In this document: in pieces, positions 1-12,429 of the stretch
Layout of the letters: every line of letters begins with the position of its first letter
Numbering within the stretch: position 1 is the stretch's first letter
Source: Daphnia carinata
Lineage: Eukaryota
Assembly: GCF_022539665.2 (NCBI RefSeq)
Contig: NC_081333.1
Coordinates: forward strand, 2,108,001-2,172,000
Direction of reading: 5' to 3'
Length of the DNA stretch: 64,000 bases
Position numbers and translations under genes: made by a program
Notes under the pieces: model-generated
The model's database searches: none
The model's input: the letters and a program-made list of their open reading frames with translations, nothing else
What the model was told of the DNA's origin: nothing

Positions 1-3000
1 CATCAGATTTCTTTTCGGACTGATTTTTTATGGGAAGTAAGTAATCGAGCAATGATTGAGACGGTGAGCTTAGACCATGCCCGCTTGCTGATACATGCCC
101 CGACAAGTCTGAAGAGCTTCCATTAGGCGAACCATCAGCTTGGCCGCGCTCTCTGTGGCACTTTGAGCTCGAGACGTTGGCCATTGTCGAGGGTTTCGGT
201 AACGATTTGCGGACGGCTGGCGAAGTGGATGCAGAGGATGACGGAGATGATGAAGATGATGAAGTCACCTGTGTTCCTTTAGATACAGATTGCGTAGTTG
301 GTTTAGCAACCTTAAGTGAAATAGGTCGAAGAGTCGATAAACTGGGCGATGTCTGCGTGGCCACGTTCCATGCGACGGTAGTTTGGGTCGATTGCGTGAC
401 GGGCGCTGCAGTGATTTTGCACGATTCGCCATTGTCGATATCACTCTCGTCGCTACTTCCATCGCCTGGCAAGTTGAGCGAAAAGCGCTCAATTCTTTCC
501 AGGTCAACTTGCGATGATTGTCGCTTGTCATTGGTTTGAATCTGAACAACAGTCGCTCCAGTTGCACCAAGAGGAAGCAATTGATTTTTGCGTTTCGTAA
601 TAGCTGGCAAGATTTGCGATCCTTTTGAGCTGGCCAATGAAGTGATGCTGCCTCGTCGATTTCTGAGCGCTAGTTTTGTAATAGCTGGCAGGATTTGTGA
701 TCCTTTTGAGCTGGCTTGAGATGTAATGCTACCCCGACGTCTCAGCGCCATTTTTCGTCCACCACGAAGCATGTTATTGCGTTTTCGGCCACCATGGCGA
801 AAGTGTAATCTTGTCAGGCGCTCCAAGTCCGTTGTTTGTTGAGAGTGGACAGAATACTGCGAATCGAACGAGTGGCGCCGAGATTGGCTGGCTCTCGATT
901 CAACAGAAATACGACGAACTGCGCTCATGCTTATTTCGGAGTCGAGACTGTTGCGACGCAGTCCAAACGCACCAGCTGCACCAACGATGGCTCCCCGCCG
1001 CGTGACGAATTTTGGGATAGCCGCTGCCCACGCAGAACTAACGTCGTTGGAAGCGGCACTATTGAGGTCAAGGTTGCCGAAACCTACTGGGTCGTCGTGA
1101 GTGCTGTGTATACTGATGGACATCCGACCCATGTGGTTTAGATCCCGTCGTTTGGCAAATGCCTGAGCGATGATCTTGTGCTTGCGAATGCGAACCCGTT
1201 CATCCAACGGTCTTTTATTGAACGTCCTGAAAATAACATCCATGTTTACACACAACCAAAATCCCTAACGGTAAACAACAAATGTATATCTTTGCTACGA
1301 ATCAAATGTCTGTCGGAGCATAAGATAAGCCATCACACGAAAATAAGACATTTGATTCGTACACGAATCATCAGCCATTCTATTTTGACGCAGTACCTTC
1401 GATACCATCTCCGCCAAGCCAGGACGGAAGCTTTCGTCCAAACCCACGATGAAACGGCTACTCCAGCTCCAAAGACGGCAATCAGATGGACTTGGGTGAT
1501 GGTCATACTTGGTCGAGATTCTAATTCACAGTCATCGGCTAGGCCTTGGTTCTGGATTCTAGACGTGTTTTGATTGGCCAAACAACTGCAATGATTTTAA
1601 AAAGATGGATCGGTAAAGCATTTGATTCTAATGCATTTACGGCGCATTGCTCATTAATAATATATCAGACAAAAGGAGAAATATTTAAAGGAAGGCACCG
1701 TTTAAACTATGTCAACTTTCAGATATAGAAACAAGAATGACTTCTTGGTGATCAATACATTACGCGCTAAATTCCACTAATGCGCCGGAAACTGTAGGCG
1801 GGTTAGTTGCAATATAAACATTTCACCAAAAGCTTCTATTTTCCTGTAAACCATCTTTGCAATGTGTGTAAAAATCATTTTTCAGGAACTTGGTAATAGA
1901 ATAACAAAATTTAATCTAATGATCTCACACGCCTATTTCTTTACTAAAAGGTATAATAGTAACTATGATTGCACAACGATGTTGCAATGATGCCACAATA
2001 AATAAATGTTAGAGAAAGAAGGGACTAGGACCCAGACGTCTTCCCTTTACTGCCGTTCCTCCTACGTGTAAGTAAGTGTGTTAGCGATCATTAAATTTTA
2101 CATTTCGCTAAAAAAAGCAAGGCTGTTACGTTCCGCCTTTCGTTGAAAAATACATACTATACATTCTATTCCTTTAAAAATTCTACTCTTCGTAGTACGT
2201 TTTGCAGAAAAGTAATTAATGTTTAATTGACACTAGCCCCGGGTAAGGCCTATTGGTTAAAACTAGATCCAATCTATCCCAAAATTGTTTAGGTTTTCAT
2301 ATTGAAATTACTTACACCATGTAGGAACGAAATGAAGTTTTCCACTGACTTCTTCTTTCAAATTCATAAATGTGGCAAACGAAGGTCAGTACCACGGAAC
2401 CAATGATGGAAATGGAGAACGAAGCGAGGCGAACGATGGTATTGCGTAGTTTCGAATTAGCAGAAGCAGAGATGGAGGCAGCACTACCCAGCTTTAGGCG
2501 AATCAAGATAAGGAGGCCACGGTAAAGGAAGACGTGACCAACGAAAAGCAGAATTAACACAGGGGCCAGCACAAAGCCAGATCGCACCACATTGCTGTTG
2601 GTCACAAAACAAATTCCATGTGGACTTTGTGCTTCAACCTACGGTAAAAGAAAGAGAAAAAGTTGTAATTAATTTATTAAAACGAATGTCGCATTTAGGG
2701 GGTTGTAAAACCTGAGCTAGCGCCATGCACGTGATTGTAAGAACTAGTGGAATCGACCAGGAAATCAAGTGGAAGTAAGCCGCTTTTGAGCTGACTTTTT
2801 CACGGATTTTACCTAAACATTATATCAAAAATTCCATTTAGTTTTCTTCAATATTTTCCACTTGGGGGATTAGGAAAGCTTTGAAAAACAAAAAACACAA
2901 ACCCTACCAAGGGCTTGGAAGCTGACGAACCAAGAATAGGCTAGCATGACAAACCAGACACAAGCGGCCATGAGAAAGTAATATATTAAGATGAATATAA

Positions 3001-4328
3001 CAACACATGACAGCGTTTCTCCACCACTGAAATGAAAACAAAAATTAACCAAACGAAATCATAAAGCATAAAATCAACTAAGGTAGTATTAAAAAATAAA
3101 TAATGCTTGAGATGAGTTCGCATTGTACCTTGGTTCGGATACACGGGCTGTGCCATCTTTTCTGCAAATGATATCTTGCCTTGCACTTGGAATATACTGC
3201 GCAATCCAGCCAATACAAGCGGCAGCAAAGCACACGTTCATGTAAAAGATGATGACAGCCGGATAACGTGAAGCGGAACGCCAATCAATCAGGAACGTAA
3301 ACTTCACATGTAATGATCAAGTAGATTGTTTTAAACGACAGCAACCGAAATTAACACGTTTCACGATCTTACCACGGCGAACAAATTAGTGGTTAGACAC
3401 ATGGCAACAAGCGTCTGTGTAAATCGTTGGACTTGCTCATGTTCTTCTTTTGTGAAAAGAGGAGAATTGCAGGGTAATCCGCATCCATCGACTCCTTCAA
3501 CATAGGCCAAACTGTTATCTGTTTCCACCAAAGGTGACTGACACTTGGGAGTTATGTTGAATTTCAGCTCTCTCACTTCATTCTTTAACAAAAAATAAAT
3601 CTTTATGTCAATTAAAGGAACCCAAGGTTAATCTGAAACAGACCTTGCAACCTGAAGGGAATTTTTCAGTGTCTTCACATCTCATGAAATCTGGCCAGCC
3701 TCCTCTATGCTCCATTTCTACAATCCGACAGGGATTGCGTATGACTTTGCACATTTCCTGTCAACAAAATAAAACTGCTATGTTATGGTTACATAATATT
3801 GATAACATTCTCTGTACCTGAGATGGGAGTTCTACTGTGCCATTTTCACACCTTGGCAAATAAAGTGCACACAAAAATGGCTGAATTACAGCCCAGCATT
3901 TAGGAACACTTTTTAAATTTTGCCAAAACATTAGCTTATCCTGTATTAAAGTAAAAAAAAAGAAAAATGTAGTAACAAACATCTTGCAGAAGGATATGCT
4001 AATAATGTTGTTAAACCTGAACATCATCTTGTGTGTGCGAGTCAGTCACTAGTTCCAAAGATGTTTGGGAATAGGGTAACTTTGTTGTCAGGCAAATAGG
4101 ATTTTTGACTGGCTGACATTTTGCTGTTTTGCGACAAAAGTCTTGGCCTTCAGACCTTCTTAGTTCACTGGTTAAGGCATGCCTGAGGTAAGGCTGTTCA
4201 ATCCTTGGTCTAGACCCTGAATTTGTTGGTATGTCATTTAAAACGATACCACCATCCGTGCTGCTAGATTTTGGTCTCGCGACAGCTATGTCGATCGACA
4301 GCAGAAAGGCTACGACTACCAGCTTCAT
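1..4328 (-). CDS. smo: Smoothened (Hedgehog-pathway class F GPCR); 3' end lies beyond the window start
   Basis: Exons 4328-4017, 3940-3818, 3757-3644, 3582-3373, 3301-3129, 3026-2908, 2812-2712, 2638-2316, 1585-1397, 1226-<1; all introns GT-AG and phases consistent. Signal peptide [10 protein letters not shown], Frizzled-type CRD ([20 protein letters not shown]), TM motifs ([41 protein letters not shown]), tail [12 protein letters not shown] and RRxS clusters. The last exon stays open to base 1. Confidence 0.97.
593..748 (-). repeat. Two-copy 81-nt coding tandem repeat in the Smo C-tail
   Basis: [25 protein letters not shown] followed by [27 protein letters not shown]; the DNA copies differ mostly at synonymous positions. 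Confidence 0.95.
1296..1361. repeat. Perfect 16-bp inverted repeat in a smo intron
   Basis: TACGAATCAAATGTCT (1296-1311) and its exact reverse complement AGACATTTGATTCGTA (1346-1361), 34-nt spacer. Confidence 0.95.
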
Positions 4329-4765
4329 TTTTACACACACCACTAAACGTCAATATTCCTCACCACTCAACAAAAAAACGTAGCAACGATTGCATCATTT
4401 GCAGTTGTTAAAGTTGCATTTCTTCAGCAAGGAGCACACTGAATCTTGATATTATTAGCTAATTCAACATGACTAACATTTTCAAGGAAGCTTTAAAGCT
4501 AATACTGGTATTCTTGGCATTGAAAAGACGCAACAAGGGACCAAGGACACCTCAGTTGTTTTTAAAAGACCACACACATCGATACTACTACGGGCAAAGT
4601 AGCCCTTTCTGACAACCACGTTTTCATTTTATTTTGCCATATTGTTTTCGACTTTGCAATATTTGTTTATTGTATAATAGTCATGGATAATATATATATT
4701 ACTGCGATTAAATTATTCCACAATCATTGAAGAATTATATATTTTACGATACGTTCATTTTGGAA

Positions 4766-6055
4766 TCAATGCGTTGTAGGTTTACTGATCGGTTCGGATA
4801 TCGTTTCGTTTAAAGGACAATGTAGGCGGCTAGTCTTAAAATGGACGTTGACGCCGTCGGAACATTTAGAAGTTTGGGAAATTTTGGCCATTAGTTTTGG
4901 CTCTCGTAAAAGCCAGCCAAAAGACTGACAATCGCATTGCAACATCGTGCCTAAATGAAGAAATCAATAAATAATTACGAACACTGGTGAAACATTTAAG
5001 TTGGTACTGTTTACCATGGAGTTGTACGTGTCCGGCGCCACGTGCGAGTACACTAAGAATCGGCCGAAATGTAGCTTCTTCAAGTTGAGTGAGATTGGTT
5101 TTCTTTAAATCAATTATCGTATTGTAGCTGATTCCTAAGCAGCACGTAGAAATGGTTAATTACATCGGTCCAACACAAGAACGGATATATAGTTTTCCTA
5201 CCTTCTATAGCACTTGGATGAATACCACCACTCAAGTCGTTGTCACTCAAGTCTATAAGATCAACTCGAGGGGATTGGAAATGTAAGTCCCCTTCGTCTA
5301 GCTGTCGCAGTTGGTTACCAAAAAGGACAATTTTTCTCAAACTTGGCAAAAAAGTTAGATTAAGTGGTTGAAGAGCAACCAATTTGCCAGAATTGAGCCA
5401 AAGAGAATGTAATTTCGGTAAGTGGGGTAGATTGGGTGGATTGGAGAACCTATTGCCATACAGATGTAGGTACTGCAAATTCGGTAAAGATGGGAAATCC
5501 TATACAATGGAAAAATTGCGATAGATTATATATCACACCTGGGAAAGGAGATTATGTAACATACAATTAATTGGTCGACGCTAGCCGTAACTTCGAAATC
5601 CACAAGATTTTCCAAATCAGCAATCCCCTGGACGGAAAGTACGCCGAGTGACGGTGACGAATCAAAAGTGAGAACACGAAGTCGTTCAACCGACGCGGCA
5701 AACGCGTGAGGCATAATTTTGCTTACACCAGTGACATTTTGAAATAAAATAACAGCAAAGGATTTGTCACCCAGCAAATTGGCCTCCAAGTCATCCAGGT
5801 GACTGTGCTTTACCGTCAAATGCCACAGTTGGTTAACGGGGAAGGGTGGTTCAAAGATTTTCATCAATTGCTGAACACTTTGCAAATTGGCACAAACCAT
5901 TGAGACAACATTATTCTCGGTTTGGCATTGACACGGGGCAATTAGACGCGAATCGGGACAACTAGCAATATTTCCGCCACGGACAAAAAAATAATAGACC
6001 ACTGGAAAACGTTCCAGAGACGCACAATTACTACAACCAGACCTGTTTTCGTCAT
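4766..6055 (-). CDS. Secreted-type leucine-rich-repeat protein (resembles the crustacean Oplophorus luciferase non-catalytic-subunit-like family); apparent 1-nt frameshift near 5985-5991
   Basis: Exons ~6055-5565, 5499-5202, 5134-5015, 4950-4766 (TGA). LRRNT cap CPDSRLIAPCQC, LRR units (LQYLHLYGNRF, LRKIVLFGNQL, VDLIDLSDNDL), LRRCT cap LQCDCQSFGWLL...SKCSDG. The hydrophobic leader from ATG 6055 is one base out of frame with the LRR body. An alternative in-frame ATG at 6194 gives a basic, non-signal N-terminus. Confidence 0.8.
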
Positions 6056-6540
6056 TGTCCGAGTTGAGACTGAAATTTCTTCGTGAGTTTTGTCCGTTTT
6101 GTGGTAACCTTTTCTGTGTGTATTCAAACCAGGTTTCTCTCTTCTGTTTCCCCTTCCTTTTTCTTGTGTTCTTCTTCTGGCTGGAGATGGCCATTTCAAA
6201 CTCGGGTAGTGATTATACATACGCCCGTTAGCGGCGAGCGTGTGCGCACTTTGTAGGCCATAAGGTCACCTTCATCATCCATCATTAAAAGAATGAGTGC
6301 ACGCCCGGTAAGAGAACCACTTCCTTATTACTTCGTTCTAGTACTAGATATTGTCGATTTCGTTTGATAATGATTTGTGTAACTAAAATAAAAAAAAACT
6401 AACGCATTCGATTTCGTGAAGAACCTCGAGATACTGTTCAGCAGACACCCTTATTATTCTGCTATGAAACTTGTCACGTTTTCGTTCAAATCGTAAATGT
6501 TTTTACAAAATAACCAAAATTAACGAAATTTCACTGAAAA

Positions 6541-7800
6541 ATGGCATACTTATTGGGTATGGAAGACGAGCCTCTTGGCAAAGACGAGGAGGGACACATT
6601 GATTTCAAAGTCAACAAGGTTGGCGGTAAACCGGTAATGTTTAGAAGCATATTTTAAAAAATTTCTATTGGTAACAGTTTCTTGTCTTCCTAGAATTGGG
6701 CGAGCGGGGATCACCCAAATCCTATGTGTAAATTGTGTCATAAGCAGATGCTGCTTGCTGTTCAAATTTATGCACCTCTTAATGAATCTCTGAATCACAG
6801 AACATTATACCAATTTTGTTGCTTGCAACCCCAGTGTCAAAGCAAAAATGAAGGGTGGGTTTGCATACGTGATGAAACCGTTGATACATCAGTCACTTCT
6901 TCTTGTGATAAACTGCAACCAACAGCTACAGCTTCGACCACTACCTGGATTGATGATGCTGATGATTGGGGTGATGAAGAAGACATGGAGGCTGATAGTG
7001 GAACCCCAAATGAACATGGCAGAAGTGAACCACAGGCTACCTTGTCTGTACAAAGTGGTATTAGCACACTAACAATTCAGGATCTGGATACTAAACCATC
7101 AGAACTTGCATTGCCAAAGAGTTTAGACACATGTGATCATATAACTATTCCTTCAGCAGAAGTGGAAGGTGATGAGTCTGTTGTGCCAGATGATCTTCCG
7201 TCTCAGCCAACAGTTGATATTAGAGCACTGTTTGCACCATCATCTGCTCCTATTTCAGATCCTTCTGGATTACAGTTTTCAAGCTTTTATCTTAATGTAA
7301 GTGAAGAGCATCAAGCAGCTGTTCTTTCTGATGAAAAACTGGATCAGCGAGCAAAAGAACTTTGGGAAGAGTACCAACGCCGAGAAAACTGTGATTGGAA
7401 GAATTTGCAGAAGAGCAATAAAATCACCCCAGGCCGAATAGATGAAGCATACGAGAAAGTTCCTCCTAGTCATGGTGATCGAGTGGTCCATAAATTTATC
7501 ACTCAAGTACAATCCTGTCCTGAGCAGTTAATCCGCTACAACCGTGGAGCAAGTAAGCCACTTTTGCTCAAGCAGTTAACAAAAGACGAACCAATTTCGA
7601 AATGCAGGCATTGCAATGCACTTCTTGTCTTTGAGATGCAATTGATGCCCCATCTTAGTCAACTTTTGAAGTTAAAAGACACGGCCGGCGATTACCAACC
7701 CGTGGAAATAGGCACAGTGTTAGTCTTTACTTGTTCTAAAAGTTGTTGGAGCGGAGTTCCGTGCGAAGAATACTTAATTGTTCAATCGGAAATATATTGA
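6541..7800 (+). CDS. PDCD2L: Programmed cell death protein 2-like (PDCD2L/trus, TSR4 family)
   Basis: Exons 6541-6633 and 6694-7800. N-terminal NKVGGKP-NW, CxxC...QIYAPL...HRTLY.FCC; C-terminal PDCD2_C motif PEQLIRY...CRHC...FEMQLMP...GTVLVFTCSKSCW. No MYND finger. Confidence 0.93.
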
Positions 7801-8226
7801 AGCCTTAATGACACGTTCGTTTTAATAGACAAACTGGTCTAGATGCACGAATTTTTAAATTTTCAATAAGCACTTCATTCTTATTAGTTAAGCAAAGAGT
7901 TCGTAATGCTGCGATTGCTCCCCACTGGTTGTTTTTATTACAAGAGCGACACCTTACGTCGATGGCTTAGTTGTAGGAGGTGTTATATAAATGATGTGAT
8001 GAATAGCCGAATTACAGTAAGAAATGGGACTAATTGATGACACAAGGCCATTTGAATTGCTAGAAGACGAAAATAGATGCCAAATGTTCATTAAAGAATA
8101 CCAAAATAATTCTATTTGGAATCCATGATTTGCATTGCAACGCACTGCATATTTTTTTACATCCCTTTGGATTATAGCATTCAATATTACGGAATATGCG
8201 GAAAAATTTTTATGAAGAGGCGTTCT

Positions 8227-9571
8227 TTAGTCGTTACGACTGTTTTGTTTGTCCTCAAAGTACATGAAATCCTGAAGGATATGAAAAAGTATTAGAGGCC
8301 ATCCGGGATATTCTTATGTCGGAAAATGTAAATATACTTACAATAAGAAAACATGCGCTTAATAAAACCGCTTTCATCTTCACGTCTAAATCCATCGGGA
8401 AATTGATACCTACATAAATAATATGCGATAAGCATCAGATTTTTTTTAAAGCGTAGATTATGAGATTTTCCAATACCGAAAACGTCAGCATCCGTAACCA
8501 TTTCTCTTAATAGACCGGTCCATTGTTTTGAAATTTTTCCAACCTTTTGACTCCCGTCTCTGGAAAATATCTATAATAAAAGTAGGTCATCTTCGTTCAT
8601 CACAACCAATTTTTTATTTTACCTCGAAGTTAACGTCAGTACCACAGCAGCTGCAAGGGAAGAAAGGTCCCTAATTGTTAACCAAATAATAATTTTTTTA
8701 ATTATCATTCGTTAGGAAATTCACATTTTAAAATCAATTATTCTAAGAATAACGTTTAGTCGCTCTCCTTTAGTAGTGCCTACCTCAATCCTGAGAATAA
8801 CATCACCAGAAACGTCCTTCACTTTAAATTTAGGGAAAATAGACCACTCTTGCTCAATGGTGCCGATTACGTTACCAGGCGGCGCCGATACTTCCATTTT
8901 CTGTCAACGAAAGAATTCTTTATCAAAATGAAAATAAAGAAACTAAATCAATACTGACCTGTAGGCAGCATGGATAAAGGCAACTTTGGCATGCCAACGG
9001 GCGGTGAATATGAATAACCTCGTTACCAAAGTTGTCCAGGATATTCATTTCGAAGGAACGGAGGTTATTGCACCAATAACGCTCGCAGCAACCGCTATTT
9101 TCGGCAGCAAAAAAGATTTTTTGACCAACTGAGTTCTTTACAATGTACTTGTTGTTGGTTTCGAAACCAGTAAACACTGCGAAAGGCGGCGGAAAAAAAA
9201 AATTAATAACAGATTTCTTTAAGGAAAAGAAAACGATCCACTCACTTTCGAGGATTTCCACCTGTTGATGTACTAGAATCTGATCAATCTGCGTTAAATA
9301 TTCAAGACCCGGAGGACAATTTGCTCCCGATGGCTTTGGCATCCATTGATCCGCTAAGAAAACAATGTTTCCATAATTTAGCATTATCCAAAAGGTTATC
9401 AGAACATTGCCAGAAAAAATCATTTTTAGTTTTGTTAAATTGGCACTGACCAGGAGGTTGGGGTCCGGGCGGTCCCATTGGATGCATAACATGTTGTGGA
9501 GGCGGTGCACCATAATATTGAGGTTGGTTAACTATAACGTGCTGAGGCTGACCTTGTTGAACGTGGCTCAT
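8227..9571 (-). CDS. PLSCR: Phospholipid scramblase, paralogue A
   Basis: Exons 9571-9451, 9353-9246, 9176-8959, 8900-8784, 8670-8623, 8570-8477, 8409-8342, 8271-8227 (TAA). Motifs [31 protein letters not shown]-rich ACQSCLYPCCLQ, GKISKQWTG, DADVFGINFPMDLDVKMKA, IDFMYFE. Confidence 0.95.
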
Positions 9572-12429
9572 TTCTAAAGTTTAACCAATAAAATATTGGA
9601 TTAATTTTAACTAAAATGAAACATGACAATACAAGCGATTTTCAAAGTAAAAATAGCGGATAGTGTTTTACAAATGTTGCTGGAAACTTACTGGGTTTGA
9701 CAAGGCACCTGTAAACCCACCAACAAAACTAATTGCAGTGCAGGGATATAAGACCTCCTGAACGCTTATCTATACAAGCGCTATCTGTTCACTTATTGCA
9801 TAGTTCTATAAGATAAAGTGCTCTTTTTAAACAAACGCAGCATATTGCCTATCAGCTACAACCTAAAGAAATCGACCTTTGCTGTACACTATCACTAACA
9901 AAGGGACGCACGAGCGTGAATGTCGTCAATGTGTGTGTCTTTTCAAAACTTCTAGGATACAAATAAAAAACAAAGCTCAATAACAGATGGGTCTGCAGAT
10001 GCGTCACTGTCTTCGTTAACGACACCTAGATGTAATATGTTACTAGCTATGACGAACTCACTATGTTGAACGAATCGTTTTAGATATCAATCAAACGTAT
10101 GACGCATACGGTGAGTAGACATGTAAATACGATGTTAGTCGATAACAAAAACACTATGCAATAAACAACGACGATGAAAAATATCGCCCAATAGTAAATG
10201 TTTGGTTTGTTGCTGTTTGTTTAAAATCAGGCAATTCACCGCACTTCCATTATTTGGCAGATATAGGACGAAAAGTTGACCTGAACAAGGAAGCCATGCA
10301 ACAATTGTGTGAAATCATATTATACATAGAACTATAGGCAAAACAATCCTAAAGGGTAGTATTATGTAATTCTTTTTCTCATGAAAATGCTGGAATTTAC
10401 TTAAGGAATCAGAACTTTATTTAATGATGAACTGACCTTTTCATAAGCAACGCTGACGGTTTTGTTTAAGTTGTTTACATTTCATGAGTAGATATTGTCG
10501 ACCTTATTCTGGAATGCACTTTGAAGTTGAGAACGGTGAACGTCTGATGGGTGTTGTGGTGCAATAGTGCAAGGGTATCTTTTTCATCCAAGTTTAATTC
10601 AAAGCTGGAATACAAAAAAAGAATAATTACAAACTAATTCTCAATTTAGACTAGAATGAAATATACCTTTAAAAAGATGCCCGAAAGGAAAACCGAGCGA
10701 CTTAGTTACAAAACTTAAAATTAAGAAACTACGACCCGAAAAAACAATCGTACAATGTTACAACAAGTTAGATTTAAGGGAATCCAAGTTTAACACAATT
10801 TTTAAAATGTTAAGTATGGTTTAAACGCTTGCAAAGGGAACTGATTTCAAAATCAATGAGAACAATCCGTTTCGGATGAGGATAAAACTAAATACGCAAC
10901 AGGATTCAATCTAGGAAACCGCATTCACCCTGACAGAGATAGCAAATGATGATGGAAATACCCGACATTATGTTTTCAATGCCAAACCACAAATCTAAAA
11001 TTAGTGTTGCAATGCACCGCAATAAATACCAACAAAACATATAATCTCTTATTGTCAAACCGGATTCGGTCGTAAATGTCATATCATATTTAATTTGCAT
11101 CGTAAATAGATGAATGATCAGATACGTAACGAGGTCAAAGCTTTGCAGGGATTAAAAATGTCTCTAATAATGATGCGCTATAGTGAGTCAATTACACTAG
11201 TGGTGCAATTGATGAGTCCTTTCAGATGGAGGCATCCATGTCTACTGTAAACGGTTCAGAAAATTTACTTTTTTTCCATAGTAGTAGCCAAGACTTGAAT
11301 TTTCCTTTAGTAGAAAAAAGACGTCATACAGCACATTCAAATAATTCACCAATTTGGAAAAGGAAGAATCTAAAAAAAAATTATATACTGGTATTCCCCC
11401 CCCCCCCCCCGTTTTTCCCCAACTTGATTACGGAGTGCAGTGTTTTGTTTGGCTTTTTCAATTAATTAAACATTTTCTTAGAATATTCAAAGGCGTATGA
11501 AACTATGCGATGTGGTCGTCCGGGTGGACTGTGAACATATCCATTTGCTCGCGTAGCTTATCAGATACATGACATCCGGCATGACGACATCGCGCTAGTT
11601 ACAGTGCAACAGCCTCTGCCCACTTGTCATGTAGCATCGACCCCACAGAGTACTTATCAGATTTTATCAAGCCTCTCACTTCTTCTCAACGAGATGCTGT
11701 CAACATTCGCTTATTAATCACAATAAAGCAAGAAAAAGTTCATGTGATACTGTAATGAAAAAAATTTTAAGCAAGGAAAGATTCCACTAAAGTGGTTATG
11801 TTGTTTGTGAGATTAATGTGTTAAGGTAATGGCAAATAAAGGTCAACGGTAGATTTGGCCGATAACATGGACTCGAATATGATATCCTATTTGGGCAAGG
11901 AAACAAGAGGGGACGGGAAGCACCATCAAAGCACACTGTTTTGAAATTTGTAAATTTCTATGGGTGATAAGGGGCAACTTTCAGCACCACGGCATTTTAG
12001 AAACTATACAATGGCAATTTACTAAATTGATTTAGACTCAATTTAGCCGACGGGGCATGTAGCTATAAACGGAGTGACGCACATGGGGGATGGCAATGGC
12101 TAAAGATATTCTTAAAATGATGATCCCAGATTGCAACATGAAATATTGCAATTTCTGGAAATATATGAGCGTCGTCTTTGATAACTTTGTATGCACTAAG
12201 TGGAATAGGTTGATCTACTCCCACACAAAAATGAATCTGTGTGAGGAATCAAGTAGTTTCGCACACAAAAACGAAAGAAAGGAATACTGCTAATATTCAA
12301 AAGGTGAAAAATAAATGTTAGATTTACTTACAAATACCGGATCATAAGTAGTTAAATAACTTGGATTGAGATTAGTTATTACAGGGAGATTCTGCATGGA
12401 GATTCTGCTCAGATCGACGTAGTGCACCA

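Noticed and set aside
177..1573. Plus-strand ORFs 177-539, 836-1141 and 1178-1573
   Set aside because: Antisense shadows of smoothened exons; no independent protein features.
1586..2315. Long smo intron as a snoRNA or nested-gene host
   Set aside because: No convincing C/D or H/ACA box arrangement and no supportable ORF.
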